Shown here: one piece after another, positions 1 through 10,031 of the stretch | Position numbering within the stretch: the stretch's first letter is position 1 | Layout: the number at the start of each line of letters is the position of its first letter | Notes under the pieces: generated by a model | Database searches by the model: none | What the model was told of the DNA's origin: nothing | What the model saw: only the letters and a program-made list of their open reading frames with translations | Translations under genes and position numbers: made by a program | Assembly (NCBI GenBank): GCA_902492545.1 | Contig: CABULX010000001.1 | Span: forward strand, 1 to 42,486 | Direction of reading: 5' to 3' | DNA: 42,486 nucleotides | Origin: an uncultured Collinsella sp. | GTDB lineage: Bacteria > Actinomycetota > Coriobacteriia > Coriobacteriales > Coriobacteriaceae

Positions 1-142
1 CGATTCAGTCGCGCGGGCAGCATTTCCCAGTTGACAAAACTATAGGAACACCCCCGTATGCGCTCTTACTGTTTGGCTGTATTTTGAGTCCTTCTAGTGT
101 ATTTGAGCGATAATTACTCGCATTGGCGTTAGGGAGGGCTTG

Positions 143-784
143 ATGTTTACCGTATTTGTCTTGGGCAATATCGCTTCGGGTAAGTCGACTGCCTGCCGCT
201 ATTTCGAATCTCGTGGCGCTATGCTTATCGATCTGGATGAGCTTGCAAAATCGCTGTATGTGCCGGGCTCTGATATCGTCAATGCTCTCGCGGATGAATT
301 CGGTTGGGACATTTTGGATGAGGAAGGCGGCATTCGCCGCAGCATCCTCGCCTCTCGAGCTTTCGCTTCTCCTGATTCGGTCGCACGGCTCAATGGCATT
401 GTGCATCCCGTTCTGATTGAACAGCTTTCGCTTAGGATTCTCGATCCGGTTTGTTGTACGGTTTCATCACCCCGTTACCCCTTTGCGGTGATTGAGGTTT
501 CTGCTCCGACTGGTTTTGAGGATGCATTTGGCTTGGCTGATGAAATTCTGGTCATCAGCGCCCCTTTGTCAGTTCGTCGCGAGCGCGCTATTCAACGTGG
601 CATGGAGCCATCTGATTTCGATGCCCGTTCTGCTTGCCAGCCCGATGAGTCTGCGCTGTGCAATCTCGCTACAACGGTGATTGATAATTCGGCAGCCGAT
701 AATTCGCTCTTTGAGCAGCTTGACTCATGGCTTGCATGCCACGGGTTTATAGATACTTCGGATGAGGAGGAGGCCGATGCCTAA
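143..784 (+). CDS. coaE: Dephospho-CoA kinase
   Basis: N-terminal P-loop GNIASGKST, IDLDELAK and LNGIVHP motifs; RBS AGGGAGG at 131-137 before ATG 143. Confidence 0.92.
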   Translation: MFTVFVLGNIASGKSTACRYFESRGAMLIDLDELAKSLYVPGSDIVNALADEFGWDILDEEGGIRRSILASRAFASPDSVARLNGIVHPVLIEQLSLRILDPVCCTVSSPRYPFAVIEVSAPTGFEDAFGLADEILVISAPLSVRRERAIQRGMEPSDFDARSACQPDESALCNLATTVIDNSAADNSLFEQLDSWLACHGFIDTSDEEEADA

Positions 785-1358
785 GGCACGTTTCTTTACG
801 TGGTATCGCGTGGCGCCACTTGCCGTTGTGTTCGTCTTCGGCCTTATTTCGCTCGTCTACTCGTGTGCCCCTGCCGCTTTCTTTAAGCCGCTGTATCCGA
901 TTGACTACGAGGTGTATGTAAAGCAATCCAGTATTTCGCATAATCTGGATCCGTATCTGGTGTGCGCTGTCATTAAGTCGGAATCGAATTGGGATCCCGA
1001 GGCCGAGTCGAATCAGGGTGCTCAGGGATTGATGCAGCTGATGCCCGAGACTGCCCAGGATATGATCGCCAAGGGCCTTGTCGACGGAGGGGAGTATTCG
1101 GCCGACAATCTTAACGATCCGGCTACGAATATCGAGTTTGGCTGCGCATACCTCTCGTATCTTCTCGCCTATTTCAACGGGTCGACGGATAGTGCCATCG
1201 CCGCCTATAACGCCGGTATGGGCAATGTCGACGGATGGGCGCAGCAGAACACGTCACTCCATAATGCGATTACCTTCCCTGAAACTCAGGCTTATCTGAT
1301 TCGCGTCAATAATGCCTGGGTTCGATATAAGACTCTCTATCCCGATCGGTTCGTATAG
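777..1358 (+). CDS. Lytic transglycosylase (SLT domain) with N-terminal membrane anchor
   Basis: AVIKSESNW, GAQGLMQLMPETA and AIAAYNAG motifs; GAGGAGG RBS before ATG 777; overlaps coaE end. Confidence 0.9.
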   Translation: MPKARFFTWYRVAPLAVVFVFGLISLVYSCAPAAFFKPLYPIDYEVYVKQSSISHNLDPYLVCAVIKSESNWDPEAESNQGAQGLMQLMPETAQDMIAKGLVDGGEYSADNLNDPATNIEFGCAYLSYLLAYFNGSTDSAIAAYNAGMGNVDGWAQQNTSLHNAITFPETQAYLIRVNNAWVRYKTLYPDRFV

Positions 1359-1409
1359 GACTAAGCCCACCGCCTGCGTATACTGCAGATGTATGAGTTA
1401 GGAGTATCC

Positions 1410-3650
1410 ATGGCGGAATTTGAAGTAGAACGCGTTGGTGGTGAACTTAAGCGCTTTGGCGTTGAGGGCGCTGAGGTGCCGTTTGAAGTCGTTTCCCCCT
1501 ATGAGCCTGCCGGTTCCCAGCCCAAGGCCATTGAGTCACTTGTGCGGGGCGTGAGGGACGGAGACCGCTATCAGGTTTTGCTGGGTGTGACTGGTTCGGG
1601 TAAGACTTTTACGATGGCCAAAACCATTGAGGCCTTGGGTAAGCCGACCCTTGTCATGGCTCCGAATAAAACGCTCGCCGCTCAGCTTGCGAGCGAGCTC
1701 AAAGAGTTCTTTCCCAATAACGCTGTGGTCTACTTCGTCTCGTACTACGACTACTATCAGCCCGAGGCGTATGTGCCGCAAAGCGATACATATATCGAGA
1801 AAGACTCCTCGATTAACGAAGAGGTCGAGATGCTGCGTCATCAGGCGACCGCGTCACTGCTCTCTCGACGTGATGTGATCGTTGTCGCATCGGTCTCGTG
1901 TATCTATGGCATTGGCTCTCCTGAGGACTATGCGGGTCTGGCTCCAAACGTCGACAAGAAGGTGCCGCTCGAGCGCGATGACTTTATCCATGCGCTTATC
2001 GACATTCAATATGATCGCAATGACTATGACCTGGCACGTGGCACGTTCCGCGTGCGCGGCGATGTTGTTGACGTGTATCCGCCTTATGCCGAGCATCCGT
2101 TGCGGTTTGAGTTCTTTGGCGACGAGGTCGAGCTGATTGCCGAGATCGATGAGGTCACCGGTGAGATGCTTCGTGAGTACGAGGCCATCCCCGTATGGCC
2201 GGCATCACACTACGTGACCGAGAAGCCGAAGGTCAAGGCTGCTCTGAAATCGATCAGCGAAGAGTGCGAGAAGCGCGTGGCGGAGCTCAAGGCGACCGAC
2301 AAGTTGCTCGAGGCGCAGCGTCTGCAGCAGCGCACCGATTATGATCTTGAGATGCTCGAGACGATGGGCTTTTGCAACGGCATCGAGAACTACTCGCGTC
2401 ATCTTGACGGTCGCAAGCCGGGTGAGCCGCCGTTTACCCTAATCGATTACTTTCCCAAGGATATGCTCTGCATCATCGATGAGAGCCATGTGACGGTGCC
2501 GCAGATTCGCGGCATGCACGAAGGTGACCGCTCGCGTAAGGTGACGCTGGTGGAACACGGTTTTCGCCTGCCCTCAGCGCTCGATAACCGCCCGCTTCGT
2601 TTCGATGAGTTTGAGGCAAGGATACCCCAGTTTATCTATGTTTCGGCCACGCCGGGCGACTACGAGCTGCGGGTGAGCCAAAACGATGTGGAGCAGATTA
2701 TTCGTCCGACTGGCCTGCTCGACCCCAAGATTGACGTGCGTCCAGTTCGCGGCCAGATTGACGATCTTGAGGACGAGATTCGCGAGCGCGTTGCCCGCAA
2801 GGAGCGCGTGCTGGTGACCACGTTGACCAAGCGCATGGCCGAGGACCTGACCGACCATCTGCTCGACGCGGGCATTAAGGTCAATTACATGCACTCTGAT
2901 ACGGCGACAATGGACCGTGTCGAGATCCTGCGAACGCTGCGCGAGGGCAAGATCGATGTTCTCGTTGGCATCAACCTGCTTCGCGAGGGCTTGGATCTCC
3001 CCGAGGTCTCACTGGTGGCAATTCTCGATGCCGATAAGGAAGGCTTCTTGCGCAACCGCCGTTCGCTGATTCAGACGATTGGCCGTGCGGCCCGTAACGC
3101 CGATGGTGAAGTCATCATGTATGCAGACGTTGTGACCGATTCGATGAAAGAGGCCATCGAGGAGACGCAGCGCCGTCGCGAGATTCAGATGGCATACAAC
3201 GAAGAACATGGCATTGTGCCCAAGACAGTGCGCAAGGCCATCAACGACATCTCAAGTTTTATTGCCGAGGCCGAAAAAACTGTGGGCTCCAAGGGACGCT
3301 CGAAGGGCGACTCTCTTGGCCATGGCGCATTCTATACGCCCGATGAGTCGGGCGAGGGCGGTGTGCCGGAAACGGTGGCGCCCGAGCAGACACTTGCGGA
3401 GCAGTTGGAAGAACTGCCGCATGACGAGCTTGTGCGGATCGTCGAAACCATGGAAGAGGATATGCGTAACGCTTCTGCCGCTATGGACTTTGAGGAGGCG
3501 GCGCGCCTGCGCGATGCTGTCGTTCAGATTCGGGCGATGCTCGAGGGTGCGTCTGAGGACGAGACGATCGAGCGCTTACGCTCGCAGGCCCGCAAGGGTT
3601 CCACGTTCGCATCGGGCAGAAAACGCCAGGGTGCACGGTTTAAGAAATAG
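1410..3650 (+). CDS. uvrB: Excinuclease ABC subunit B
   Basis: [36 protein letters not shown]-terminal UVR motif ([11 protein letters not shown]); AGGAG RBS before ATG 1410. Confidence 0.98.
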   Translation: MAEFEVERVGGELKRFGVEGAEVPFEVVSPYEPAGSQPKAIESLVRGVRDGDRYQVLLGVTGSGKTFTMAKTIEALGKPTLVMAPNKTLAAQLASELKEFFPNNAVVYFVSYYDYYQPEAYVPQSDTYIEKDSSINEEVEMLRHQATASLLSRRDVIVVASVSCIYGIGSPEDYAGLAPNVDKKVPLERDDFIHALIDIQYDRNDYDLARGTFRVRGDVVDVYPPYAEHPLRFEFFGDEVELIAEIDEVTGEMLREYEAIPVWPASHYVTEKPKVKAALKSISEECEKRVAELKATDKLLEAQRLQQRTDYDLEMLETMGFCNGIENYSRHLDGRKPGEPPFTLIDYFPKDMLCIIDESHVTVPQIRGMHEGDRSRKVTLVEHGFRLPSALDNRPLRFDEFEARIPQFIYVSATPGDYELRVSQNDVEQIIRPTGLLDPKIDVRPVRGQIDDLEDEIRERVARKERVLVTTLTKRMAEDLTDHLLDAGIKVNYMHSDTATMDRVEILRTLREGKIDVLVGINLLREGLDLPEVSLVAILDADKEGFLRNRRSLIQTIGRAARNADGEVIMYADVVTDSMKEAIEETQRRREIQMAYNEEHGIVPKTVRKAINDISSFIAEAEKTVGSKGRSKGDSLGHGAFYTPDESGEGGVPETVAPEQTLAEQLEELPHDELVRIVETMEEDMRNASAAMDFEEAARLRDAVVQIRAMLEGASEDETIERLRSQARKGSTFASGRKRQGARFKK

Positions 3651-3655
3651 CGAAC

Positions 3656-3696
3656 AGGCCCCGAGTTCCCTGTGGAGCTCGGGGCCTATGTCTTTT
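3656..3696 (+). terminator. Intrinsic terminator between convergent uvrB and flavoprotein gene
   Basis: AGGCCCCGAGTTCC/GGAGCTCGGGGCCT stem followed by ATGTCTTTT. Confidence 0.8.
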
Positions 3697-3715
3697 GCGC
3701 GCTGGAATTTGTGCG

Positions 3716-5356
3716 TTAGAGGTCTGCGATCAGGGCTTCAGCACAACGAATGCCGTCGGTGGCTGCGCTCATGATGCCGCCGGCATATCCAGCTCCCTCA
3801 CCGCAAGGGTAGAGGCCCGGGGTCGACACGGCATGGCACGTTCGGTCTCGGGTAACAGTGACCGGTGAGCTCGAACGAGTCTCCACGCCGGTAAGAACGG
3901 CATCGGGACGGTCGTAGCCTCGTAGCTTTTTTCCGAGTAGGGGAAGTCCCAGACGGAGCGACTCGACGATATGCTGCGGCAGGGCTTCGTCAATTGCCGT
4001 CCAGGTCACACCGAGCGGATAGGTGGGCTTTACCTTTCCGGGCGCCTTGCTGGCGCGTCCTGCGAGGAAATCTCCGACGAGCTGTGCCGGTGCGTTCCAG
4101 TTGGAACCGCCCAGGCGATAGGCGGCCGCCTCGCAGGCACGCTGGAGCTCGATGCCGGCGAGCGGGTCATCGTTGGGAAGGTCCTCAGGCGTGACGTTAA
4201 CGAGCAGGGCGGCATTTGCGTTGCGTCCGTCGCGGGCATTGAGACTGGCCCCGTTGACGCACAGATGGCACGGTTCTGAAGAGGCGGCAACAACCTGTCC
4301 GCCGGGGCACATGCAAAACGAGAACACGCTGCGGCCGTTGGGAAGATGGGCAACAAGTTTGTAGGGGGCCGCCCCGAGCGCTGGATGTCCCGCCGAGGCT
4401 CCATATTGGGCTCTGTTGATGTCGCGTTGCGGATGCTCGATGCGAACGCCCATGGCAAAGGTCTTTTGCGCGAGGGCCACGTTGTGGTCCTTAAGGAGCT
4501 CAAAAATATCGCGAGCAGAATGCCCGCAGGCGAGGATGAGATGCTTTGTCTCGATTGGCTCGTAAGCGGCGTCTTGGGACGATTGGACATCAATACCGGT
4601 GATGGCGCCAGACGCGTCGATGCGAATGTCGACGAGCTTCGTTCGATAACGGACGACACCTCCGAGCTGCTCGATGCGCTGGGATATAGCGGTGACAACC
4701 TTGGGAAGGATGTCGGAGCCAATGTGCGGCTTGGCATCCCACAGAATATCGCGGGGCGCACCCGCCTCGACGAAGGTTTCGAGGATAAGGCGATGGGCGG
4801 GATTTTTTGTTCCCGTATTGAGCTTGCCGTCCGAGAAGGTCCCCGCGCCGCCCAGACCAAACTGAATATTGCTCTCGGGGTCGAGGATGCGCTCCTTTAG
4901 AAAGAGGTCGATCGCCTGCGAGCGGCGAAATGCCGGGTCGCCGCGCTCGATAAGCAAGGGCTTAAGACCTGCTTTGGCGAGCGTGAGCGCAGCGAAAAGG
5001 CCGGCGCATCCGGCGCCGACAACGATAGGGCGTTCTTGAGGTGCGTCGGAGACGGGGGAGGGGAATGAAGGCTCATCGTCTTCTATCGCGCGTACGCGCG
5101 AGCGGTCACGCTCGGCAACGCTGTCGACCGCTTCTCGCTCGAGGTGGGGACTAGTCAGCTCAACACGAAAGCTCAGGATAAAATGGACGTCTCGTTTTTT
5201 GCGAGCGTCGATTGACTTGCGATGGAGCTCGATGGACTTGATCTCGGAGTCCTTGCAACGTAGGATGCGCTTGGCGACTCGCTTGCCAACAATGAGGCAG
5301 GCATTTTCATCGCCGGCTTCATCGAGCGACGCGTTGACTTGGGTGATTTCGATCAT
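3716..5356 (-). CDS. FAD-dependent oxidoreductase (uncharacterised NAD(P)/FAD family)
   Basis: VVGAGCAGLFAA dinucleotide fold, GAGTFSDGKL, FCMCPGG, GEGAGYAGGIMSAA; AAGGAG RBS before ATG 5356. Confidence 0.88.
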   Translation of the reverse strand: MIEITQVNASLDEAGDENACLIVGKRVAKRILRCKDSEIKSIELHRKSIDARKKRDVHFILSFRVELTSPHLEREAVDSVAERDRSRVRAIEDDEPSFPSPVSDAPQERPIVVGAGCAGLFAALTLAKAGLKPLLIERGDPAFRRSQAIDLFLKERILDPESNIQFGLGGAGTFSDGKLNTGTKNPAHRLILETFVEAGAPRDILWDAKPHIGSDILPKVVTAISQRIEQLGGVVRYRTKLVDIRIDASGAITGIDVQSSQDAAYEPIETKHLILACGHSARDIFELLKDHNVALAQKTFAMGVRIEHPQRDINRAQYGASAGHPALGAAPYKLVAHLPNGRSVFSFCMCPGGQVVAASSEPCHLCVNGASLNARDGRNANAALLVNVTPEDLPNDDPLAGIELQRACEAAAYRLGGSNWNAPAQLVGDFLAGRASKAPGKVKPTYPLGVTWTAIDEALPQHIVESLRLGLPLLGKKLRGYDRPDAVLTGVETRSSSPVTVTRDRTCHAVSTPGLYPCGEGAGYAGGIMSAATDGIRCAEALIADL

Positions 5357-5374
5357 CGAGGTCTCCTTAGAGGC

Positions 5375-5407
5375 AAGAAAGAGGCCGTCCGGTATCCCAG
5401 ACGGCCC
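5375..5407 (-). terminator. Terminator-like hairpin between the two flavoprotein genes
   Basis: Minus strand GGCCGTCT-GGGATACC-GGACGGCC followed by TCTTTCTT. Confidence 0.55.
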
Positions 5408-5436
5408 GAATGCGTTTTTGATTATAGACTGCGCGG

Positions 5437-6708
5437 CTACAGGCTGCTTGCAGCGCGAATGCCCGAGAGCCATGCCCACGCAAGGTTAAAGCCTCCGCAA
5501 TCGGCGTCGATGTCGAGCGCTTCGCCGCAGACGTAAAGCGGGGTGTCGACAACGCTGCGCGCGCGTAGACTGGGTGTTGAGATGCTCTCGACAGATACGC
5601 CACCACGCGTGACCTGCGCCGAGCGCTCCTTGGCTGTTCCCTCGACGAGCAACTTAAAGTGCTTGAGGATCGAGACCAGGTGGATGACATCGTTGGAGCC
5701 TGGATGGCACTGCTCGAACGCTGTACAGACGACGCGGGAGAGTTGCGGGGCGAGCATGCCGTCGAGCCAACGGGGATCGCGGGGCGAAAAGCCGCCGAGC
5801 AGCTCAACGCGCCGGTTGAGCATATCGAGCAGCTCGTCTTTGGAGAGGTCGGGGAAAACGTCGAGCAGGATCGTATCGCCGCGCTGGATACGACGGGAGA
5901 GGTTGAAGACAGCGACGCCCGAGATGCCGAAGGCTCGAAACAGTACTTCACCGTCTTCGTGCCAGAGCTCACTATGGTTACGGGTGAGCGTCAAGCGGGC
6001 GCGGACGCGCAGACCATCCAACGTCTTGAGTGCCGCCCGATCGCCAACGACCGTTGCCGATACGGGGCAGAGGATGGGGCGCAGCGAAGTGAGGGGGAGG
6101 CTAAACGTATCGGCGATACCGGTGGGGTTGCCGCCCGTGGCGATAATTACGGCATGTGCCTGCAGGGCCTCGTTCTTGCGAGGGACATCGGCGAGCGTTT
6201 TCCGAAGCGAGCGGAGCTCCGATTTTCGGTCGTCGTGCTTTTTTGCCTTGAGCGCCCGCGCTGGACGGTCTATTTGGAGTGCCCAGCCTTCGGAAACTTT
6301 GTGCGCCGAGGCAACGTTGGCTCCGCAGATTAAGGTGATACCTAGGCGGTTGCAAACGTTGAGAAGCGCGTCGCGCACCGATTCGGCGCGAAGGGAGCGC
6401 GGGTACAGCCGGCCTTCCTCGGAGGTTGTCATGATGCCCAGCGAGGAGAAGAAACCCATAAGCTCTTGTTCGGGCTGGGGGCCCATGACGGATTCGACGA
6501 ATGCGGGGTGGTTATACCGCTGAGGATCAATCGATTCGTTGGAGAGGTTGCAGCGGCCGTTACCGGTCGCAAGGAGCTTAAGGCCGCAGGCGACATCGCG
6601 CTCAACGATGCAGACGCTTTTGCCAGCACGTGCGGCCGTAATGGCGGCGGCGAGGCCTGAAGCCCCGCCGCCGATTACCAGGACGTCATAGAAGGCGCTC
6701 GTGTTCAC
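5437..6708 (-). CDS. HI0933/BaiN-family flavoprotein
   Basis: GGGASGLAAA, KLLATGNGRCNLSN, AQVTRGGV, GEALDIDADCGGFNLAWAWLSG. Confidence 0.9.
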   Translation of the reverse strand: MNTSAFYDVLVIGGGASGLAAAITAARAGKSVCIVERDVACGLKLLATGNGRCNLSNESIDPQRYNHPAFVESVMGPQPEQELMGFFSSLGIMTTSEEGRLYPRSLRAESVRDALLNVCNRLGITLICGANVASAHKVSEGWALQIDRPARALKAKKHDDRKSELRSLRKTLADVPRKNEALQAHAVIIATGGNPTGIADTFSLPLTSLRPILCPVSATVVGDRAALKTLDGLRVRARLTLTRNHSELWHEDGEVLFRAFGISGVAVFNLSRRIQRGDTILLDVFPDLSKDELLDMLNRRVELLGGFSPRDPRWLDGMLAPQLSRVVCTAFEQCHPGSNDVIHLVSILKHFKLLVEGTAKERSAQVTRGGVSVESISTPSLRARSVVDTPLYVCGEALDIDADCGGFNLAWAWLSGIRAASSL

Positions 6709-7539
6709 TTAGGCCTCGTCGGTCTCGTGCGGGGTAATGGCCTCGACGGCAGAGACTGCCTTGGGCAACATGCCATCGGGCAGCGCGGTCTCGACCTCGC
6801 CCTTATCGCAGGCCTCGGCGAGTGACGGATTGATGGGAAGCGTGCCCAAGATGTCGAGGTTATAGCGCTCTGCGACCTCGGGGAGCTTGCTCTTGCCAAA
6901 GACCTCGATCTTCTTGCCGCAGTCGGGACACTCAATATAGCTCATGTTCTCGACAATGCCCAGAATGGGGACGTTCATCTTCTCGGCCATGTTGACCGCC
7001 TTGGCGACGATCATCGAGACCAGATCCTGCGGGCTCGTGACGATGACGATGCCGTCGACGGGCAGTGACTGGAAGACGGTGAGAGCGACGTCGCCTGTTC
7101 CCGGAGGCATGTCGACCAGCAGGTAGTCGATGGGGCCCCACGAGGTCTCGCTCCAGAACTGCCTAATGGCGCCTGCGATGACCGGACCGCGCCAAAGGAC
7201 GGGGTCGGTCTCGTTTTGGAGCAGCAGGTTGGAGCTCATGACCTTGACGCCGTGCTCGGAGATTTCGGGCAGCATAAGGTTGCCAAGGGCATGGACGTGG
7301 CGTCCGCTCATACCGAACATCTTGGGGATAGAGGGACCGGTGATGTCGGCATCGAGGACGCCGACCTTGTGGCCGTGACGGGCAAGCTCGGTAGCGATGG
7401 CACCGGTGACAAACGACTTGCCGACACCGCCCTTGCCGGAAAGCACGGCGATGACGCGTTTGACCTCGGACAGCGTGTTCTCCTCAAATTGCGACGGCGA
7501 CGTTTGTCCGCCGGCGGCCTGTGCGTGCTCGCAACCCAT
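6709..7539 (-). CDS. mrp: Mrp/NBP35 (ApbC) Fe-S cluster carrier ATPase
   Basis: SGKGGVGKS, DADITGPS, VDMPPGTGD, ENMSYIECPDCG; AGGAG RBS before ATG 7539. Confidence 0.93.
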   Translation of the reverse strand: MGCEHAQAAGGQTSPSQFEENTLSEVKRVIAVLSGKGGVGKSFVTGAIATELARHGHKVGVLDADITGPSIPKMFGMSGRHVHALGNLMLPEISEHGVKVMSSNLLLQNETDPVLWRGPVIAGAIRQFWSETSWGPIDYLLVDMPPGTGDVALTVFQSLPVDGIVIVTSPQDLVSMIVAKAVNMAEKMNVPILGIVENMSYIECPDCGKKIEVFGKSKLPEVAERYNLDILGTLPINPSLAEACDKGEVETALPDGMLPKAVSAVEAITPHETDEA

Positions 7540-7684
7540 GTATGACTCCTTTGTATATGTTGGGGCCGGGGCCCCGTGATGTGACACGAGCGTCATTGTA
7601 CCCTCGTTTGCGAGCGGGAGTCATTTGCGATGCATTTGGGCCGAGCGTGCTTGCAATACGATGGGTCCAAGCGAATGGGCGGGC

Positions 7685-9838
7685 TTACTGAACTTTGCTA
7701 GCGAACTCGAGGTATTGCATGCGCTGCAGCTTGTCGATCGTCGAGGCGTATGGGCTGTCTTCAGATTCCAAGTCGTAGCGCAGCCCGTCGGCACCAAGGT
7801 AGCCGGCGACATTGATGGTGGGCACATCTGACCTTGTTGCAAGCAGAGCCTTTTGATAGTCGGTGAGCGGGGCGCCGATCTTATTAAGGGTAATGGCTGC
7901 AATCTCGTTTGCCCCGACGGTGTCGTAGACGTTGAGCTCGGTATTGCCGGCGATTTCATAGTTAGCCCAGACAAAATATGTCGACTGATAGATACGGAAA
8001 GCGTGGCTTGCCGTATCTTCCTGAGGGTACAGCTCGTCGTTGAGAGTCGTTGCGGCGCTCGGCTGATGGTCGCCAAAAAAGACAAGGACAACCGGTCTGC
8101 CGATATTGCGGAGCTCGTTGATAAAGTACTCGAGGTCCCGGTCGGATGCGTTGATGCAGGTAAGATAGGTGTTGAGCGCGCTATTGGCGCCCTCGCTGGC
8201 TCCCTCGACCCAATAGTTTGTCAGCTCTTCGGCGGGAACGGTGCCATAGTCGTAGCCGCCGTGATTTTGCATCGTGACGTCAAAGATGAACTGCGGTGCT
8301 TCGTCGGTTCTAAGCAGGTCGAGTATCTTGTCGTAGGTGGCGTAGTCGCATACGCCGGCATGGTAACAGGGCGCACCTTCGAAATCGCCGATTGAAAGAA
8401 AATCTCCGAAGCCCAGCTGCTGATAGATTTTATCTCGATGGTAGTTGACGGGGTTTTGCGGGTGCATAGCGGTGGCGGTATACCCAAGCTCTTTAAGGTC
8501 CTTTGCCAGGCTGTTGACGCCATTCATCTGATACAGCTGATAGGGGATCTTGCCTAATCCGACAAAGGCCGTTGTCGCTCCGGTCAAAAATTCGAATTCG
8601 GAGTTCGCCGTTCCGCCACCGGCGACCGAAGCGAGCATGGTGCCGCGAACAAGTGTGTCGGGAAGCGAGTTGTAGAATGCGGGGCCGGTGTACCCGGCCG
8701 CCTGGAGCTGCTCAAAGCACGAAAGGTCGCTAAAACTCTCATTCATGACGGCAACAATCGTCGGCTTGATTTCTTTGAACTGGGCAACGGCCGCCGCGCG
8801 CTGCTCGCTCGAGCCATACGTGCTGTCGTAGGTGGCGGCGAGCTCCTGCTCGATGCTCTGCGCCTCATCGGGCGTATAGTCTTCGGGCTTCTCAATGGGC
8901 AACTCGTTGACCATTTCGGTGAACGAAGTGATAAAACCCTGAGACGCATACGTGGTGATGGGCTGCCAACGGTCAAATCCAAAATTCAGCGCCTGCTCCA
9001 AGTCGATGCTGGAAAAGCCCGAGAGCCCCACAACGGTCACTAGCAGAAAAGCGCAGAGGTTAGCGGCGATTGCGGGGAAGACATGGGTGGGCGTACGGAG
9101 CTTTCTCGGTCGGATAAGCGAAAGAAGCCCCAGGGAAATCTCCAGCAGGGCTAGAGAGGTTACGATTCCGGCGGTAAAGGTAAACTCGTATCCCTCGCTC
9201 ACTTCCATTGCGGTGCCAAGGGCCAAGATATCGCTTGGCAGGATGGCCTCGCCTTTAAACGTTATGACGAAGTGCTCGGCAATGCCAAGGATGCAACAGG
9301 CGACGGGCACGAGGGCCATGACGCCTCCATGACGCTGTCCCAGCAAATAAAGGGAGAGCAGAACCGTCGCGAGCAGCCCGACGGAAAACCCGAATGAGTT
9401 GGCGGGAATGCGATAGAACGTTTCGTTGCAGGCAATTTCGAGTGAAACGAACGAGAGCGCTGAAACAGCGGCGATGACAAGGATGTCACGGCAAATACAG
9501 GCAACCGTTCCCGTCGCAAGATCGGTTTGGTCGATAAGTCCCGAAACCAAGGGCTCGACAAGAAGTATGACGGCGGTAGCACCGAGCGCCGAATAAGAAA
9601 GGACCCATAGGGAATTGTCCTCATTTACGAGCAATTGATTCGTAATCCATGCAGCTACCATGCCGAGCGGGATGAGGAGCGTCGCGCACCAAAAGACGCG
9701 GGCAATGGGCGGCTTTTCATTGTGTTTGATTGAAAAATATACGCGCACCACGACGATGGCCACGATAAGGACGGCGATGAATATGGGCAGATTGGCCATG
9801 TCGCTCGAAGTGATTTCAAGGGGGATATCTTCGGTCAT
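7685..9838 (-). CDS. LTA synthase family / alkaline-phosphatase-superfamily membrane protein
   Basis: Multiple N-terminal hydrophobic segments, then VMNESF, GGTANSEFE (catalytic Thr), TMQNHG and FGDHQP motifs. Confidence 0.88.
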   Translation of the reverse strand: MTEDIPLEITSSDMANLPIFIAVLIVAIVVVRVYFSIKHNEKPPIARVFWCATLLIPLGMVAAWITNQLLVNEDNSLWVLSYSALGATAVILLVEPLVSGLIDQTDLATGTVACICRDILVIAAVSALSFVSLEIACNETFYRIPANSFGFSVGLLATVLLSLYLLGQRHGGVMALVPVACCILGIAEHFVITFKGEAILPSDILALGTAMEVSEGYEFTFTAGIVTSLALLEISLGLLSLIRPRKLRTPTHVFPAIAANLCAFLLVTVVGLSGFSSIDLEQALNFGFDRWQPITTYASQGFITSFTEMVNELPIEKPEDYTPDEAQSIEQELAATYDSTYGSSEQRAAAVAQFKEIKPTIVAVMNESFSDLSCFEQLQAAGYTGPAFYNSLPDTLVRGTMLASVAGGGTANSEFEFLTGATTAFVGLGKIPYQLYQMNGVNSLAKDLKELGYTATAMHPQNPVNYHRDKIYQQLGFGDFLSIGDFEGAPCYHAGVCDYATYDKILDLLRTDEAPQFIFDVTMQNHGGYDYGTVPAEELTNYWVEGASEGANSALNTYLTCINASDRDLEYFINELRNIGRPVVLVFFGDHQPSAATTLNDELYPQEDTASHAFRIYQSTYFVWANYEIAGNTELNVYDTVGANEIAAITLNKIGAPLTDYQKALLATRSDVPTINVAGYLGADGLRYDLESEDSPYASTIDKLQRMQYLEFASKVQ

Positions 9839-9956
9839 GGACGTTCCTCTGTTACGGCAAATTAAGTTCAGTATTAGATTACTGTAACCTTTCCACGACA
9901 TTTCGAGAAACAAAGCGCCCGATACGCAAAGCTAAAGGTCTGCGAATCTTGTATTA

Positions 9957-9970
9957 CGAACATCTGTGCG
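9957..9970. promoter_or_regulatory. Putative LexA (SOS) box upstream of uvrA
   Basis: CGAAC-ATCT-GTGCG, one mismatch from Gram-positive CGAAC-N4-GTTCG; -10-like TATGAT at 9998-10003. Confidence 0.65.
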
Positions 9971-10031
9971 CGTCGAGTGCGCTAAACTCATCGGCAGTAT
10001 GATTCGATGCAATAGGAGGCAAGGAGCTTCC

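Noticed and set aside
31..60. TTGACA as coaE promoter
   Set aside because: No acceptable -10 hexamer at 16-18 bp spacing
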